NCBI GenBank assembly: GCA_965287045.1
Contig: OZ336886.1
Coordinates: 24,118,001 to 24,182,000 of the forward strand
DNA from: Carcharhinus amblyrhynchos
Taxonomy: Eukaryota
Direction of reading: 5' to 3'
Length of the DNA stretch: 64,000 nt
This document shows positions 24,563 through 36,948 of this stretch, piece after piece (positions within the stretch are counted from its first letter, which is position 1; every line of letters begins with the position of its first letter). A program made the translations under genes and the position numbers. Below the pieces are notes generated by a model. It was not told the DNA's origin. It ran no database searches and saw only the letters and a list, made by a program, of their open reading frames with translations.

Positions 24563-24890
24563 TGTGGCACATTGGCACAGTTGTTAGCACTGCTGCCTCA
24601 CAGCTCCAGGGACTTGGGTTCAATTCCGACCTTGGGTGACTGCCTCTGTAGAGTTTGCATGTTCTCCCCACATGTGTGTAGGCATCCCCTGGGTGCTCCA
24701 GTTTCCTTCCATAGTCCAAAGAAGTGCAGGTTTGGTTGCTTGGCCATGCTAAATTGCCACTTAATGTCAGGGGGACTTGCAAGGGTAAATATGCAGGGTT
24801 ACAGGGATAGGCCCTGGGTGGGATTGTGGTCAGTGCAGAATCAATGGGCTGAATGGGCTCCTTCTGCACTGTAGGGATTCTATGATTATC
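24563..24890 (+). mobile_element. HE1 V-SINE, full length
   Basis: A-box TGGCACAGTTGTTAGC, B-box GGTTCAATTCC, V-domain, tail GGGATTCTATGATT. Confidence 0.95.
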
Positions 24891-26365
24891 ACAGCCCAAC
24901 TTTTTATAGAATCAAATTGGTGCAGATTGCTTTAGCACTTGGGATCGCCTCACGCTACACGCTCTGTGGTGAGGTTAATCCCAATTAAACACGAGTTCAG
25001 ATTTGTTATCAGCTAATTATTATGATTTATCATTTTGTTCTTTTTACTTTCAGTACTCACATTATACCTTCTTCATTACAAGTGCGGAAAAGAACTCATT
25101 TAAAAAATAGTGTGGTTCTAAACTCATTCGTCTATTTCAAATGGTTGCATCCTCAACACCAAATGCATGTTATGCTACAGAAATGCTTTTCCCTCACACA
25201 CTACAATGTGTGCTGAAATCAGATCTGCGGCAAAAGGAGAATTTTAAAAAGTTGACTTCCTCGAAGGGAAGAAAATCTATATTTGCTCAGAGACCAAGGC
25301 GTTAGATTTCTATTGCATGGTGTGTATTTTCCAACAACATCGGGTTTGTTCAAGACATCAAAGTAATAGATGTGTAGAAGCTAATTTATCCGGAATACAG
25401 CTTGTTCTTTATTATTTGACAGAGTGCATATTTTTTGTTCCTCATTAAACGCTACAATTACTGTGGGATGTAAAGTGGTGAAATTATTGGCATGTGCCAC
25501 TTCCATCGTTTGTTTATTATTACGCTTGCAGAGAATGCTTCAGTGGTATTAGTCTCTTCAGTGAATTGCAGCTGAGTTAATAAATATTATTTGGTGTTGT
25601 CCCTGAGAAGCAGTACATTCCTTGATTGTTTTTTACAGTTGGATTGGGAATATTGATTTATTTACCCCGGCTACAATAATTGTATACAAGAAGCAAAAAA
25701 AATTCAGAGGTAAAATTGTATTAGCTACAACACTTTAATTAGTTGTAATAGATTAACACACTGCTACACAGCTAAAAAAAAATTAGCATTTAGAGAGAAG
25801 AAGTGGTAAAGGGGCGAGGAAAGAAAAAGCAAGAAGAGTGGAAACAATATAAACAAAATTCTGTGCAAAACTGTTGTTTGGGAGCAAGCTCTGGTAGAAA
25901 ATAGCTGAAGTAATGCGAGATATTTTTGAATACCTTCAAGCTTGTGAGTAGATTATTGAGTACCATGTCATTTACCTCCACTGACATTTTCTTTAAAGTC
26001 ATAAAGGCCTGCAAAGTAATAAAAGGGCTCTGAATAAAATTAGAAATATCATGGATAAATTATCCTTAACCTTGGCTACATTGAGGCTATGACTTTTTAG
26101 ACTTGAGCAATTTTCATAAAACCATCCACATAAAACTATGAAAAATATTTGATCCTCGACTTTCATATCGCAGGGTTTAATATCAAGAGCAGCTTCTTGT
26201 TAACTGGTGAGAGAATTAGGAGTTAGAGGCAAAATGTCTCCTCTAACAGTTCTACTTGGTGAAGGACAGTGAAATGTACTTTGAACAGATTGTGCTGACT
26301 GCCATAGCTGTAACAAATAGATGTGGGAAAAATAGCTTTCGTTTTACAGTAAAGAAAATTACTGG

Positions 26366-26398
26366 TGTGTGTGTGTGAGTGTGTTTGTGTGTGTGTGT
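26366..26398. repeat. Imperfect (TG)n microsatellite
   Basis: gtgtgtgtgtgtgagtgtgtttgtgtgtgtgtgt. Confidence 0.9.
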
Positions 26399-29300
26399 AT
26401 CAGAATCTTTACCATGGAAATTATTCTTGATATATACTCCACCTAGATTTAAAACAGTGCATTCAGAAATAAAATATAGATAAAAATGAAGAGTGGTACA
26501 AATAGATTAACAACAAAAGCGAAATCATTTACAAAAAATCCCTGTCATCTCAATCGATTCGAATGATGACAAGTATTTTAGGTCATAATAACTTTGAATG
26601 CTAAATGAGATGTTGTATTTTTGTTGTACTGTGGGAACACAAAATAAATACAGTTTTGCTTTTTGCAGGGAACTCCTGAAAAAAAATCTTGAAAATGTCA
26701 TATCTCTTTTCATTCATTAGCCAGACATTATGCAAGTCCTTCTGAAGAGTGTATATTTTCATTATCAAAAACATTGAGCCATTCATTATGAGAATTCAGA
26801 ATAATCTTTAATGGCAAAATTTCATGCCAGAAATTTATGGTGCAAGATTTTAAGTTAATGTGAATGATTCCAGGTGTCACTAATAGCTTCAGCGATATGT
26901 ATGGCCATATTGGACTTCTACTAAATCTGAAGTAATATTCACACTCTTTTATCTGGACAGATGAGCAGAAGCTGAAATTAAATAGCATATTTCTATTCCT
27001 CGCAGCCTCAGATGGAGACTGGTGCAGACTCTGTTCGGGTACATGTAAGCACTTCATAAACACATTTTGTGTTATAGATGCCACCTGACTCCTGTCAACA
27101 GGCTCACTAACACATAAAAATAAATTATCTGCAGGTTTACCTGTCTGAAAGATAGATTCTGCGCATCCGACTGTTGCAACCATTCTAGTGACAGGAGTGC
27201 CCATCATGTACTAGTAATAGGGTTAAACAGCTGGATTGGGATTTGTGGCTCAGCAAGGCCAGAAGGCTCAAGCACTGAAAGTGTAGGATGAATGGACTGA
27301 TAGAAGGCTGCAGGACCTGTTCATTACAGCATTTTTCTGCTTCACTGCAAACCTGTAATGATTGCCACACTGTTAGATTGACAGTTGCCCTCTTTCTTCT
27401 CAAGCTTTTCAAAGAGGGTGAAGGTAAAAATTGTGCCTATTGACCTATCTTGATGCCCCATAAATAGTTCAATTTGCTATTACTGACAAGCAGGTGATAA
27501 GTTGTTTTTATAGCATTAGATCACTCTCAAAAGGTTAAACAAAATCGGGCTTAATTTGAAGCAAAATTAATTTGCAGCAAAGAGATTATCCAAAGGGTAA
27601 TTTTTTTTGTTCTAAGATATTTTCAAAACCTGAAAGTTTTTCCTTTGATGTAATCAGTATTCTAATATGTCTTTGCATCTTCCCTTCAGGTCTCTTGAGT
27701 TTGAAATGATATAATGGTATCACTGGTAAATGTCACATATGCTGAAGAGATGTCAGTGGAGTAGAGCCTAGAGGTCTGGAATTCAAATTAGGAGACTGAT
27801 CTTTATCTTAAATGATGTGCCGGTAGATTTCTCCCCATCAAGTGGAAATAATAAGAGGACATTTCCGCTGTAGTACATGCACAGCTACTACTGTCTGGCT
27901 GTGTAACAATATGAATTGTAAACTGCTTTTACAGTATAGAATATAATTAAGATAAGCTTTGCCGTCTGAGGCAAGATCAAAGCTTAGAAACTTAGCTGGA
28001 TTCCTTGTTTTTTTTCAATTTTATATTTGTGGAAACACAGTGACTTTAAACCAGTGAATCTGAAGAGTATATTATAATAAATAAGTCACCTCTGATTCTC
28101 ACCTTATGTTTAAAGTATCTTGAAATGGTGCTTAAGTGGATAAATAGAGACAGAATCATACTTTTCATATGTTTTAATTAATAGAGAGTGTACTCGAGGA
28201 GGCACTCCAGAGTTCATTCCCGGTCAGTGGCACTCATTTTGTCCAAAAAAAAGTGATAGCTTGTATTTGCAATTCATTTCAAATATTCATTAATCTGTGT
28301 CATTTTTCTTGCCACTGTTCCTGAGAAAGATGAGTGTTCTACATTACTACCAGTTAATTACAAAGCGGTTGTGGGTGAACAGGGACGACCCAGTATGTGT
28401 TAGCAGACAAGTGAGGGGAGACTTTCAGCTGCTGTCCGCCTGTTACTTGCCTGAAAACAAGCAACCAGTTGTTAAAATCTGGTGAGGACCTCATGTAACT
28501 AGGAACATCTTTCCATCAGACCTTTAAGGGGTGGTGAGAAATTCCCACCCAAAACAGAAGGGTGAGTTTAAATATATAAATCAAGCTCCCATTGTAGAAT
28601 TCTCATTGCAACTTACTAGAAGTAATAGGTGTAACATGCACACTTTCTTTCAGTGTTGAGAGGTCTACCCAAATGGCCCTCAAAGGGATTCCTAAATGGC
28701 TTTCCCCAAAAGTAAAATTCTTTTTTGCTAAGTGTTGTTTAAGGACAGAATTATCAAAAGTTCTCCCCCTCTCCCTTCTCCCCTCTCCCCAAAAAAAATC
28801 CAGCCTGTTCTCTGAACACAAAAGTGAGCAAAATGTCAATTTCTCATATGATATTGACAATGTACCCAAATGTAATGCTATAAATAATATTATTGGAATT
28901 TATAGCAGTATTGAATGAATCCCACTTCTCAGAGCTATTGGCTTCATGGCGTTTTGCTGCCATCTTTTATATTGAAAGGATTGCAGCTGCTCACTGACAA
29001 ATCATAAATGCAATAAATGCCATGGTAGTTACCCTGGGTTTTTGTAATGGTACAACAAAATATGGAGAGAGTGGAAGCAACATTGGATTGGGAAAGGAAC
29101 TAACTCAGTCTGGTATACTGAGCAGATGCAATGTAGATAAAGAACTCAAACAGTCTTTAAGACTGGGACGAGTACAGGATTTGGGAGGAACAATGATTTT
29201 TACTTGGAAAAGACCACCCAAAATGGAACATTTGTACACAAGATTATAAGGAAAAAAAAAGACAAGAACGACTCTGTAGTGAGTTAGCTTGAGCCCGATT

Positions 29301-30747
29301 AGCTTAATCAGCTTTCTATTTAATAATAATTACTATTTAAAGTATTGGCAAAACAATGCTGATAAAACTAAATACTCCCGAAGTTGCCCTCAGTGCATGT
29401 CACTGAACTAAATAAAACTTCTCTGATGCTGTTTCTCTCATTATAACATAAGATTTGGCTGAATCCCAAGTAGTGCTGTATAAAATGTACATGCTTGAAT
29501 AGTATTTGTACTTTATATCTGTACCTTTGTACAAGTAGTTGTTGCTGTGTATGCTTATGAATGAGCTGTATTCAACTAAAGCAACTACATTTTCCCTTCG
29601 GTAACTTTGCAATGTTTAGAGTTTAAATTTGTTTGAGGGAGGGGCTTGAATCTTGATAACGTTATCTTAATAACTGATTTCTCTAATAACTTTAAAATTG
29701 GCTCAAATTGTTTCGTCATGCAACATTTACCTGACATTTATGGGAAAATTATGAACTCAGAAATTATAGCAGTTAAATTTGTTTGGTACCATCAAATGTT
29801 CCTGTTTGCAGCAGGGAAGTGACCCTGTCTAGCCTTTTCCTGGACCCCCTGCTTGGCCATCTCCTGTATTACATTGGAATGTACCACCAGACACAGTCTG
29901 TAGAACTTTGTCAGTTATAGTAACACCAACCAAACATGCACAGCTCTCCAGGGATTCTCAATAGCACAACTCACAGCACATAGTTGCTTAACCCTTTCAA
30001 TTCCAAGCAGCAATAACCTTACAGCCTGAACGTATTTTGAAAGAAGAAAAACTGTTCCAAATGAAAAGACATGTTGCTAATTCTTCAGTGCACCACTGAC
30101 ATAGTAGGGTTGTGAAACAAGCATTATGTTCAAATAAAAATGGCTTTTGGCAATAAAGTCAAGCTAAGCCTCGAAGCTGCCCTCGGGTTACTTCCTTATG
30201 AGTGTATTCAGAAGTTGCCTCTTATTAAGAGATTGAGTTCCAGTTCACACAGCCATTCCGTCCGTTCCAAATCATTCTCTTTCATGCATTTCCTTTTTCA
30301 CTTTTGGCTGCATCTGGCCAGAATAAAATAATGTCCTGCTGTCATTTTCCATGCAGTACTTGGCGCACTCATGATGGTGATATGGTTCATTGATTCCACA
30401 TATCAGTGGGGTCAAGTGTCTAAGAGAAAAGATTTGGAAACAGACCAGCAAAAACTTTCAATTTGGAGGACAATAGTTAGAAAAAACATCAAACTGATCG
30501 TCATTGCCTTATAGATTTCACAAGATTCCGATCGTGTTTATTTATTGTGTATTTTCCATTTCAAAAATAACGTGAAACAAGTATTAGAGAAACAGTTGGC
30601 AATGGTTACTGGCTTAAAATCCTGAAGTTTGTAATCTCCAGCTTTAGAAATGAAAAACACTTTTGTCAGTTATAATTCTACTTTGGATCAGTGAGCGCAA
30701 ATTACACAAAGGCACATCAGGTTTGTTTGGAAAAGGCTAACATTTCT

Positions 30748-30874
30748 ACTTCTGACAAAGAGTCATCTCAACTCGAAACGTTGGGTCTATTCTCTCCCCA
30801 CAGATGCTGTCAGACCTGCTGAGATCTTCCAGCATTTTCTGTTTTTGTTTCCAGCATCCACAGTATTTTGCTTT
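30748..30874 (+). mobile_element. Penelope-like pLTR fragment
   Basis: CTGACAAAGAGTCATCTCAACTCGAAACGTT...cacagatgctgtcagacctgctgag; TSD TAACATTTCT (30738-47, 30875-84). Confidence 0.85.
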
Positions 30875-31133
30875 TAACATTTCTCCCACTTATCAGTGGC
30901 TTCCAGAAATAACATGAATATTTTCTGCGTATAAAGGGTTTTGTGAAACCCTGCATTTAAGTTGGTGGGATTGTAGAAAATGCAAAATATCATCTTAAAT
31001 GTACTAGTGCATTTATTGTCAACCACAAATTGATAAATTGAATTTATGAAAATAATCCAGTTGTTCATTCATGTCTCAAGTTGGCAGAAATCTTACTTTT
31101 GTGTCAGGTGGTTATAGGTTCAAGCCCCATCAC

Positions 31134-31318
31134 AGAGATTTTCCAGCCCTATCCATTGGTGTGGCCAATATCAAACCCTTGCGGTGGGTTTTCTGACGTT
31201 AAGATGAATGAGCCAATCAAAATGCAATATATATCGGAGGGACTGGAAGATCCCACTGTCAACCAATGGCACGCTGCTTCTGCACCTGGGAAACACACAC
31301 AGGGAGGCCAGAAATCCC
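31134..31318. mobile_element. MITE family A nested in the DeuSINE
   Basis: GATTTTCCAGCC...GGGACTGGAAGATCCC...GGCCAGAAATCCC. Confidence 0.8.
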
Positions 31319-31469
31319 AGAGATTTGAGCACCAAAACCTAGGCTGACACACCAGTGCAGTACTGAGGGAGTGCTCACTGTTGGAAGAGCTGATTTCCAG
31401 ATACAATGTTAAACTGAGGCCTGTCTGCCTCTCTTAAGTAGGCATAAAAGATCACATGGCATGATAATA

Positions 31470-31819
31470 CCATGGTAGTATTATCACTAAACTATTAATC
31501 CAGAAACTCAGCTAATGGTCTGGGAACCCGGGTTCAAATCCCACCACAGCAGCTGATGGAACTTGAACTCAGTAAAAAATATCTGGAATTAAGAATCTAC
31601 TGACGACCATGAAACCATTGTTGATTGTCGAAAAAAGCTGTCTAGTTCACTCATGTCCTTGAGGGAAGGAAATCTGCCATCCTTAGCTGGTCTGGCCTAC
31701 ATCTGATTCTAGAGACACAGCAATGTTGTTGCCTCTCATTGCTCTCCAAGGGTAACAAGGGATGGGCGATAAATGCTGGCCAGACAGCGATGCCCCTGTC
31801 TGACAAATGAACAAAAAAA
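31470..31819 (+). mobile_element. Shark tRNA-derived SINE (gggatgggcaataaatgctggcc tail family)
   Basis: GGGTTCAAATCCC B-box, agggaaggaaatctgcc core, A-tail; homologues at 38585, 40252, 46010 and 47640. Confidence 0.85.
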
Positions 31820-32387
31820 GTCCTATCCAATATTTATCAATCAACACCACAAAAACAGATCATCTGCTCATTATCGTATTGCTGTTAATGTCACCTTGCT
31901 GTTGCAGATTGGCTGCCGTGTTTCCTAAACGACAGTAATGACATTTCAGACAAAGAATTAATTGGCTGTAATGTGCTTTATATATCCCAAGGTTGTGAAA
32001 GGTGCAATATAAATGTAAGTCTTTATTTCTTTACTGATATTTACAATTATAGGTTCCACTGGAGTTTTGTCTGTTCACAACCAGCCATTAGCTGGAGGAC
32101 TTTGTGACCACTTTGAACACGACTTTGATTGGAATGATGGGGGAAGTCAAAAGACTAGTTAGAGCCTCAAGGATGATTAAGCAGATAGTATTTCTCTGCT
32201 TGTGTGTTCTGGTTCATGTAATAAATGCCTGATTTGCTTTATGAAAGTTTCCACTGGGTATAGACGGCCGTCCTGCAGTCCAAGAATGACTTGTGTGGCT
32301 CCAGTATGGGCATTTGTGCCTGTCATTTGCACACTGCAGAGTCAGCAGGTGCCCATGGATGAAAGGGTCAGGACTGGTGGTGATTGT

Positions 32388-32730
32388 GGGAGTGTTGCAG
32401 ATTGCTGGATGTTCGGCCGAGTCACCGGTTACTGGATGTTGGGGGGTCACAGAGGTTACTGGACGTTTGGGGTGGGTCACCGATTATTGGATGTTATGGG
32501 GGTTGCATGTTACTGGATGTTTGGGGTTGAAGATTAATGGATGTTTGGGGGAGTCGCGGGTTACTGGATGTTTAGGGAGTGAGAAGTTATAGGATATTTT
32601 GGGGAGTTGGAGGTTACTGGATGTTTTGGGGGGATTCGCAGGTTACTGGATGTTTGGGGTCGCAGGTTACTGGATGTTTGGGGTCGCAGGTTACTGGATG
32701 TTTGGGAGTCGCAGGTTAATGGACATTGGG
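32388..32730 (+). repeat. ~24-bp minisatellite, about 14 degenerate units
   Basis: Unit GGTTACTGGATGTTTGGGGTCGCA; exact copies at 32641-32688. Confidence 0.9.
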
Positions 32731-33009
32731 GATGAGATCGCCAGCTGTCAGATTCTTGCAGGCCTCCCTTTAAATCAGGACTCAGTTGCTGATGGCCTTG
32801 TCAATAGCCCACCAACACTTCCTTCCTCATCAGGTGAGTTTATAGTCACTGTCACAACTTCCATCTTTGGAAGCTGAATATTCAGCAGTGCTGCCTGAAT
32901 GGCTGGTGTAAGATCGCATTGACTAAACAGAGGTCAAGTGGGAGGATCTTCATCAATCGCTTCCACATTTGCAACCCGAAAAATTCCAGCACCACAGTTT
33001 CCTCTGGAA

Positions 33010-33296
33010 AGTGGATTATTAACATGAAGTAGATTTGAAGTAATTGGAAAAATAACGAGACAGAAAATCAAGAAAATGTTTTCAGACCAAGGGTTACTGT
33101 GGAACAGACTAACTGGAAGAATGATGGAATCAGATACCAGAGGAATTTTCAAAAGGCAATTTGTCATGTACCTGAAGAGTGCCTTGCAGAAAAATGGGGA
33201 TAAAGCAAAGATGTGCAACTAAATTTGGGCAAATATTTCAAAGAGCACAATGGACATAATGGCCTCATTCTGTGCTGTAAAATTCCATGACTTTAT
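33010..33296 (+). mobile_element. Old CR1 3' fragment
   Basis: gatttgaagtaattgg...ttcaaaaggcaattt...aatggcctcattctgtgctgtaa. Confidence 0.7.
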
Positions 33297-33350
33297 AGCA
33301 GAAGGCAGCAGAGATTGGGTTTAAAAAGAGGGGGGATATATAAAAGGAAT

Positions 33351-33472
33351 GGGGTGGAATTTCCCGTCCTAACCTACGGCTTGTTTTGCGGTGGCAGAGG
33401 CGGCTTGCCATTGGCCGGTGTGGGATTTTCTAGTCCCACCCATTGTTCGCCAATGGATGGAAAATTCCCTCC
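33351..33472. mobile_element. MITE family A, internally deleted
   Basis: TIRs GGGGTGGAATTT / AAAATTCCCTCC. Confidence 0.75.
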
Positions 33473-33490
33473 AAACTGGTCATAAATAAA

Positions 33491-33716
33491 GGGAAAGATT
33501 TTCTGCCAAATTCCCCCACCCTGCCCTCCCAAAGTGTGTTTTCCAGCGGTCGAGGTGGCTCACCATTGGCTGCCGGCAAGATCTTTCAGTTCTGCCGATG
33601 TCTATGGCATTTTGCATGGCTTGCCTGTCCAGCCCCCAGGGAACCCCAGCCTTGGGGCCTTGCCTTCAGCGGGTCTGGATGATCCTGCCAGTGGACAGGG
33701 CCAGAAAATCTCACCC
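33491..33716. mobile_element. MITE family A
   Basis: TIRs GGGAAAGATTTTCT / AGAAAATCTCACCC. Confidence 0.8.
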
Positions 33717-34199
33717 ATTTTGCCAGTTTAGTGTGATATCCCCTGCTCCAAAATCTGAGAAGATGACAGCCAAGCATTATTGATGAGTTTTGATGTAATT
33801 CAATATCAGATATGCTAACCTTCAAGCGTTCAGTTGAGGGTCAGTTTATATTAATTTGAAGAATATCCCTGTCCTCTCGAGCAACAGTTCAACATTATGG
33901 ATAGTACAGCCCTTTACTGCTCTTATAGTACTTTAGGGACTGTAAACCATCTAAGTATACTTCATGTTTAATGTACACACAGACATATAGTTATGCATGA
34001 GCTCTTTGTTTAGGTTTCCTTCCAGTAGGATAATGTTATCAGCGTGACACAAACTCCTTACCTTAAACAGGGGATGTCTAATGTACAATTAAACATATCA
34101 ATGTTTGTAATTCTGGTACTATTTAGATGTACTTAAATATTACATTTTGACAATCACGTCAGAGGATCTCGAATTTGAAATAAATGCAATCCACGTTAG

Positions 34200-34796
34200 A
34201 TTTAAGTTTTAAGGCTTATTTATTAGTGCCACAAGTAGGCATACATTAACATTGCAATGTGAAAATCCCCTAGTTGTCACACTCCGGCGCCTGTTCAGGT
34301 ACACTGAGGAACAACTTAGCATAGCCAATAGATTCTCTACAGTGCATAAGGAGGCCATTTGGTCCATTGTGTCTGCACCAACCACAATCCCTCTAAGACC
34401 CTATTCCTGTAACCGCACATATTGACCCTGTTAATCCGCTTGACGCTAGGGTCAATTTAGCATGGCCAATCAACCTAACCCACACATCTTTGGAATGTGG
34501 GAGGAAACTGGAGCAGCCAGAGGAAACCCACACAGATATGGGGAGAATGTGTAAACTCTACACAGACAGTAACCCGAGGCAAGAATTGAACCCGGGTCCC
34601 TGACGCTGTGAGGTAGCAGTGCTAACCACTGTGCCACTATGCCACCCCAGTGCATGTAAACAGCACATCTTTCAGACTATGGGAGGAAACCGGAGTACCT
34701 GATGGAAAGCCATGGAAAGCTTGGAGGACCCAAGCCAGGAATCAAATCTGGGTTCCTGGCGCTGTGAGGTAACTGTGCTAACCACTGTACAACCAT
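34200..34796 (-). mobile_element. V-SINE with an alternative non-CR1 tail, hosting an HE1
   Basis: HE1-like head and V-domain at 34652-34796, but tail ttatttattagtgccacaagtagg...gtgaaaatcccctag. Confidence 0.8.
34330..34646 (-). mobile_element. HE1 V-SINE nested in a V-SINE
   Basis: Full element; flanks CCAAT/CCAGT. Confidence 0.92.
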
Positions 34797-36847
34797 ATTT
34801 TAAACAACATGGAGGTCAGAGTTCAGATCTAAATTCAATATTTGACTTTGAAAGAATTACTGAATGGTTGAAAGATTGTTGTATGGTACACACCTAGTTT
34901 AACTCTGCTCAGAGGATCTGTGTTGGGGTAGGGTGAGAGCATTAATGAGAGAATCTATTGGCCATGTTAACTTGTCCCTCAGTCCTTAGCTGGTTGCTGC
35001 TTAAAAACCAGATGTGATGCTCACTTTAAATGAAGAAAATATTTTAGTTTTGCTCAGCCAGCAATAATCATGCCTCCTGCCAGATGAGGAGAGAGCAATT
35101 TGGCACCTACGTCTCATAAAGTAACACTGCTCGCCTGCTCACACGAGCAAGTTGAAATAGTCTGCCTTGAGGCAGGAGCCCTCTAGGAAATACATTGAGC
35201 TTGAATTACAATATTTTGTTTCATAAAGTTTATTTTTTTTATCCACGTGAAAGGATGTGAAATGATTAGTGTTGAAAAACATAGTGCAGCCTAACAGAAT
35301 TAACACAAAATGGCTGCCAGCAACTGATTTTATTACCATGCCTGTGTTGGATTGTATGAGCAGTTATACAAAATAATGCTTTTTGTGACTAAAACGTTTG
35401 TTCACTTATCAGAATGAGCCCATAAGCTAGAGGGAAATAAAAGGCATTCAGGACGCTGGTATCCAACTCAACACGCACAATATCAGTATCTGAAAACATT
35501 GTATGTTATTGGAATTCTAAGCAAACCATAGATAGTTACAACAACCAAGGTCAAACTTGTGAAACATCTGTCCTTCGAGGGATTCCCTCTGGATATAAGT
35601 ATTACATGTCACCTAATAAACAAAATAAATAAATAACATCTTACTGGTTAATGAGTGGCCACTAATTCCCAGTTGAGCCCTGCACTCTTAACAGCAAAAT
35701 TTACAATTCAGAAACAGCACTGCGCCCATTCTTAAAGAGAGCATACATAAAACTGTTATTAAATGGTAACGATTACAGCCCTACTACTTCGTGTTTACTT
35801 CATTCTCTCTCCCTTTTTCTGATATAAAGCCTTTATGTTTGAATCCTGTAAGCATGCAAACAAGACAATGTCTAACTGTTTATTGAATCGATGATTCGGG
35901 AAATGTAGCGAAATACAATAAGGGCTGTCATTTATTACCATGCTGCATAAATATTCTGTTTTCCCCCTTTCTGAAGACCTGACTTAGCACCGACAAGAAA
36001 CTCATCCTAAGCAATTGAACAATGTTTGGGGAATGTGTGAACACCCCATGCATGCTCATAAATAATTCATGGTCGATTGTCCGAGAGCCCCACAACATAC
36101 AAATTCAATAACGTTATCTTCTGGAACAAATTAGCACTTCTTAAATTTTCGTAGCCTTAATGAAATCACATTACTACGACAGTATGTGCCAAATCAGCTC
36201 ACAGCTATGTTTTAAAGTGCTGCACCAAATCAGTTGTCAACCCTTGTTTTTGAGGGGTTAATCTCCCTAGTCACGGCTCTGTTTTTCAAATGCTTCCCAT
36301 TGTGTGATGAATTACTTCTTATTGGATTAAATGAATGGGAAAGCTCTTATCACTGACTGAATTCATGCATCTCTTTTGGTATCAGTCATCCTCAGAAGCA
36401 GGTCTGTGCCAGAGGTGCTAGAGGAAGACAGCACCAGCTGCCGTGCATGTGAGTTAAGGATCCTGCTTGGTCCTCATGTTTCACGATTACCTCAGCTTCC
36501 TGTCTTGAATGGGAAACACTGCTATTGAGTAGTTGTAAAACATTTACTGAAGGCTAAAGCTATGAGAAGGTGCAGCCATGTCAAACATCTGGTTTATGCA
36601 TTACACTGAAATTGAGGCAATGAGTGTACAGTAGGGTTACAGCCGTCAATAAATATAAGCTCTGTTATGGTTTTACTTATCCAATTTTTTTTAAGTGGCT
36701 AAATCTATATCACAGACACAGTATGATCACAAAGCAATGTTTAACATATCATTTGGACAATGTTATTTCAAAAAACGACCTCTGTAGTTATTGGCTAAGT
36801 GCTACATCCTCTTTATTCATTTTAATTAAATTACACATTTAACATTT

Positions 36848-36948
36848 GTTCTAAAGAAGAGTCTTATTGAACTCAAAACATTAACTCAGTTTCTCTCTCC
36901 GCAGATGCTGCCAGACCTGCTGAGTTTTTCCCAGCACTTCCTGTTTTT
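36848..36948 (+). mobile_element. Penelope-like pLTR fragment
   Basis: Degenerate core TCTAAAGAAGAGTC...ACTCAAAACATT, cagatgctgccagacctgctgag; TSD ATTTAACATTT (36837-47, 36949-59). Confidence 0.8.

Larger units (their letters stand above)
31085..32033 (+). mobile_element. DeuSINE interrupted by a MITE and a second SINE
   Basis: Collinear Deu segments at 31085-31133, 31319-31462 and 31820-32033 with L2-type tail. Confidence 0.85.

Noticed and set aside
24563-24640. tRNA gene
   Set aside because: A and B boxes continue directly into the V-domain and LINE tail, so this is a SINE head.
26728-27207. Longest ORF (159 aa, minus strand) as a gene
   Set aside because: No recognisable domain, unremarkable composition and no supporting exon structure; this length can arise by chance in 64 kb.
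32388-32730. CRISPR array or repeat protein (GYWMFGVA)n
   Set aside because: Contiguous tandem units without spacers in eukaryotic DNA; the ORF is a by-product of the 24-bp period.
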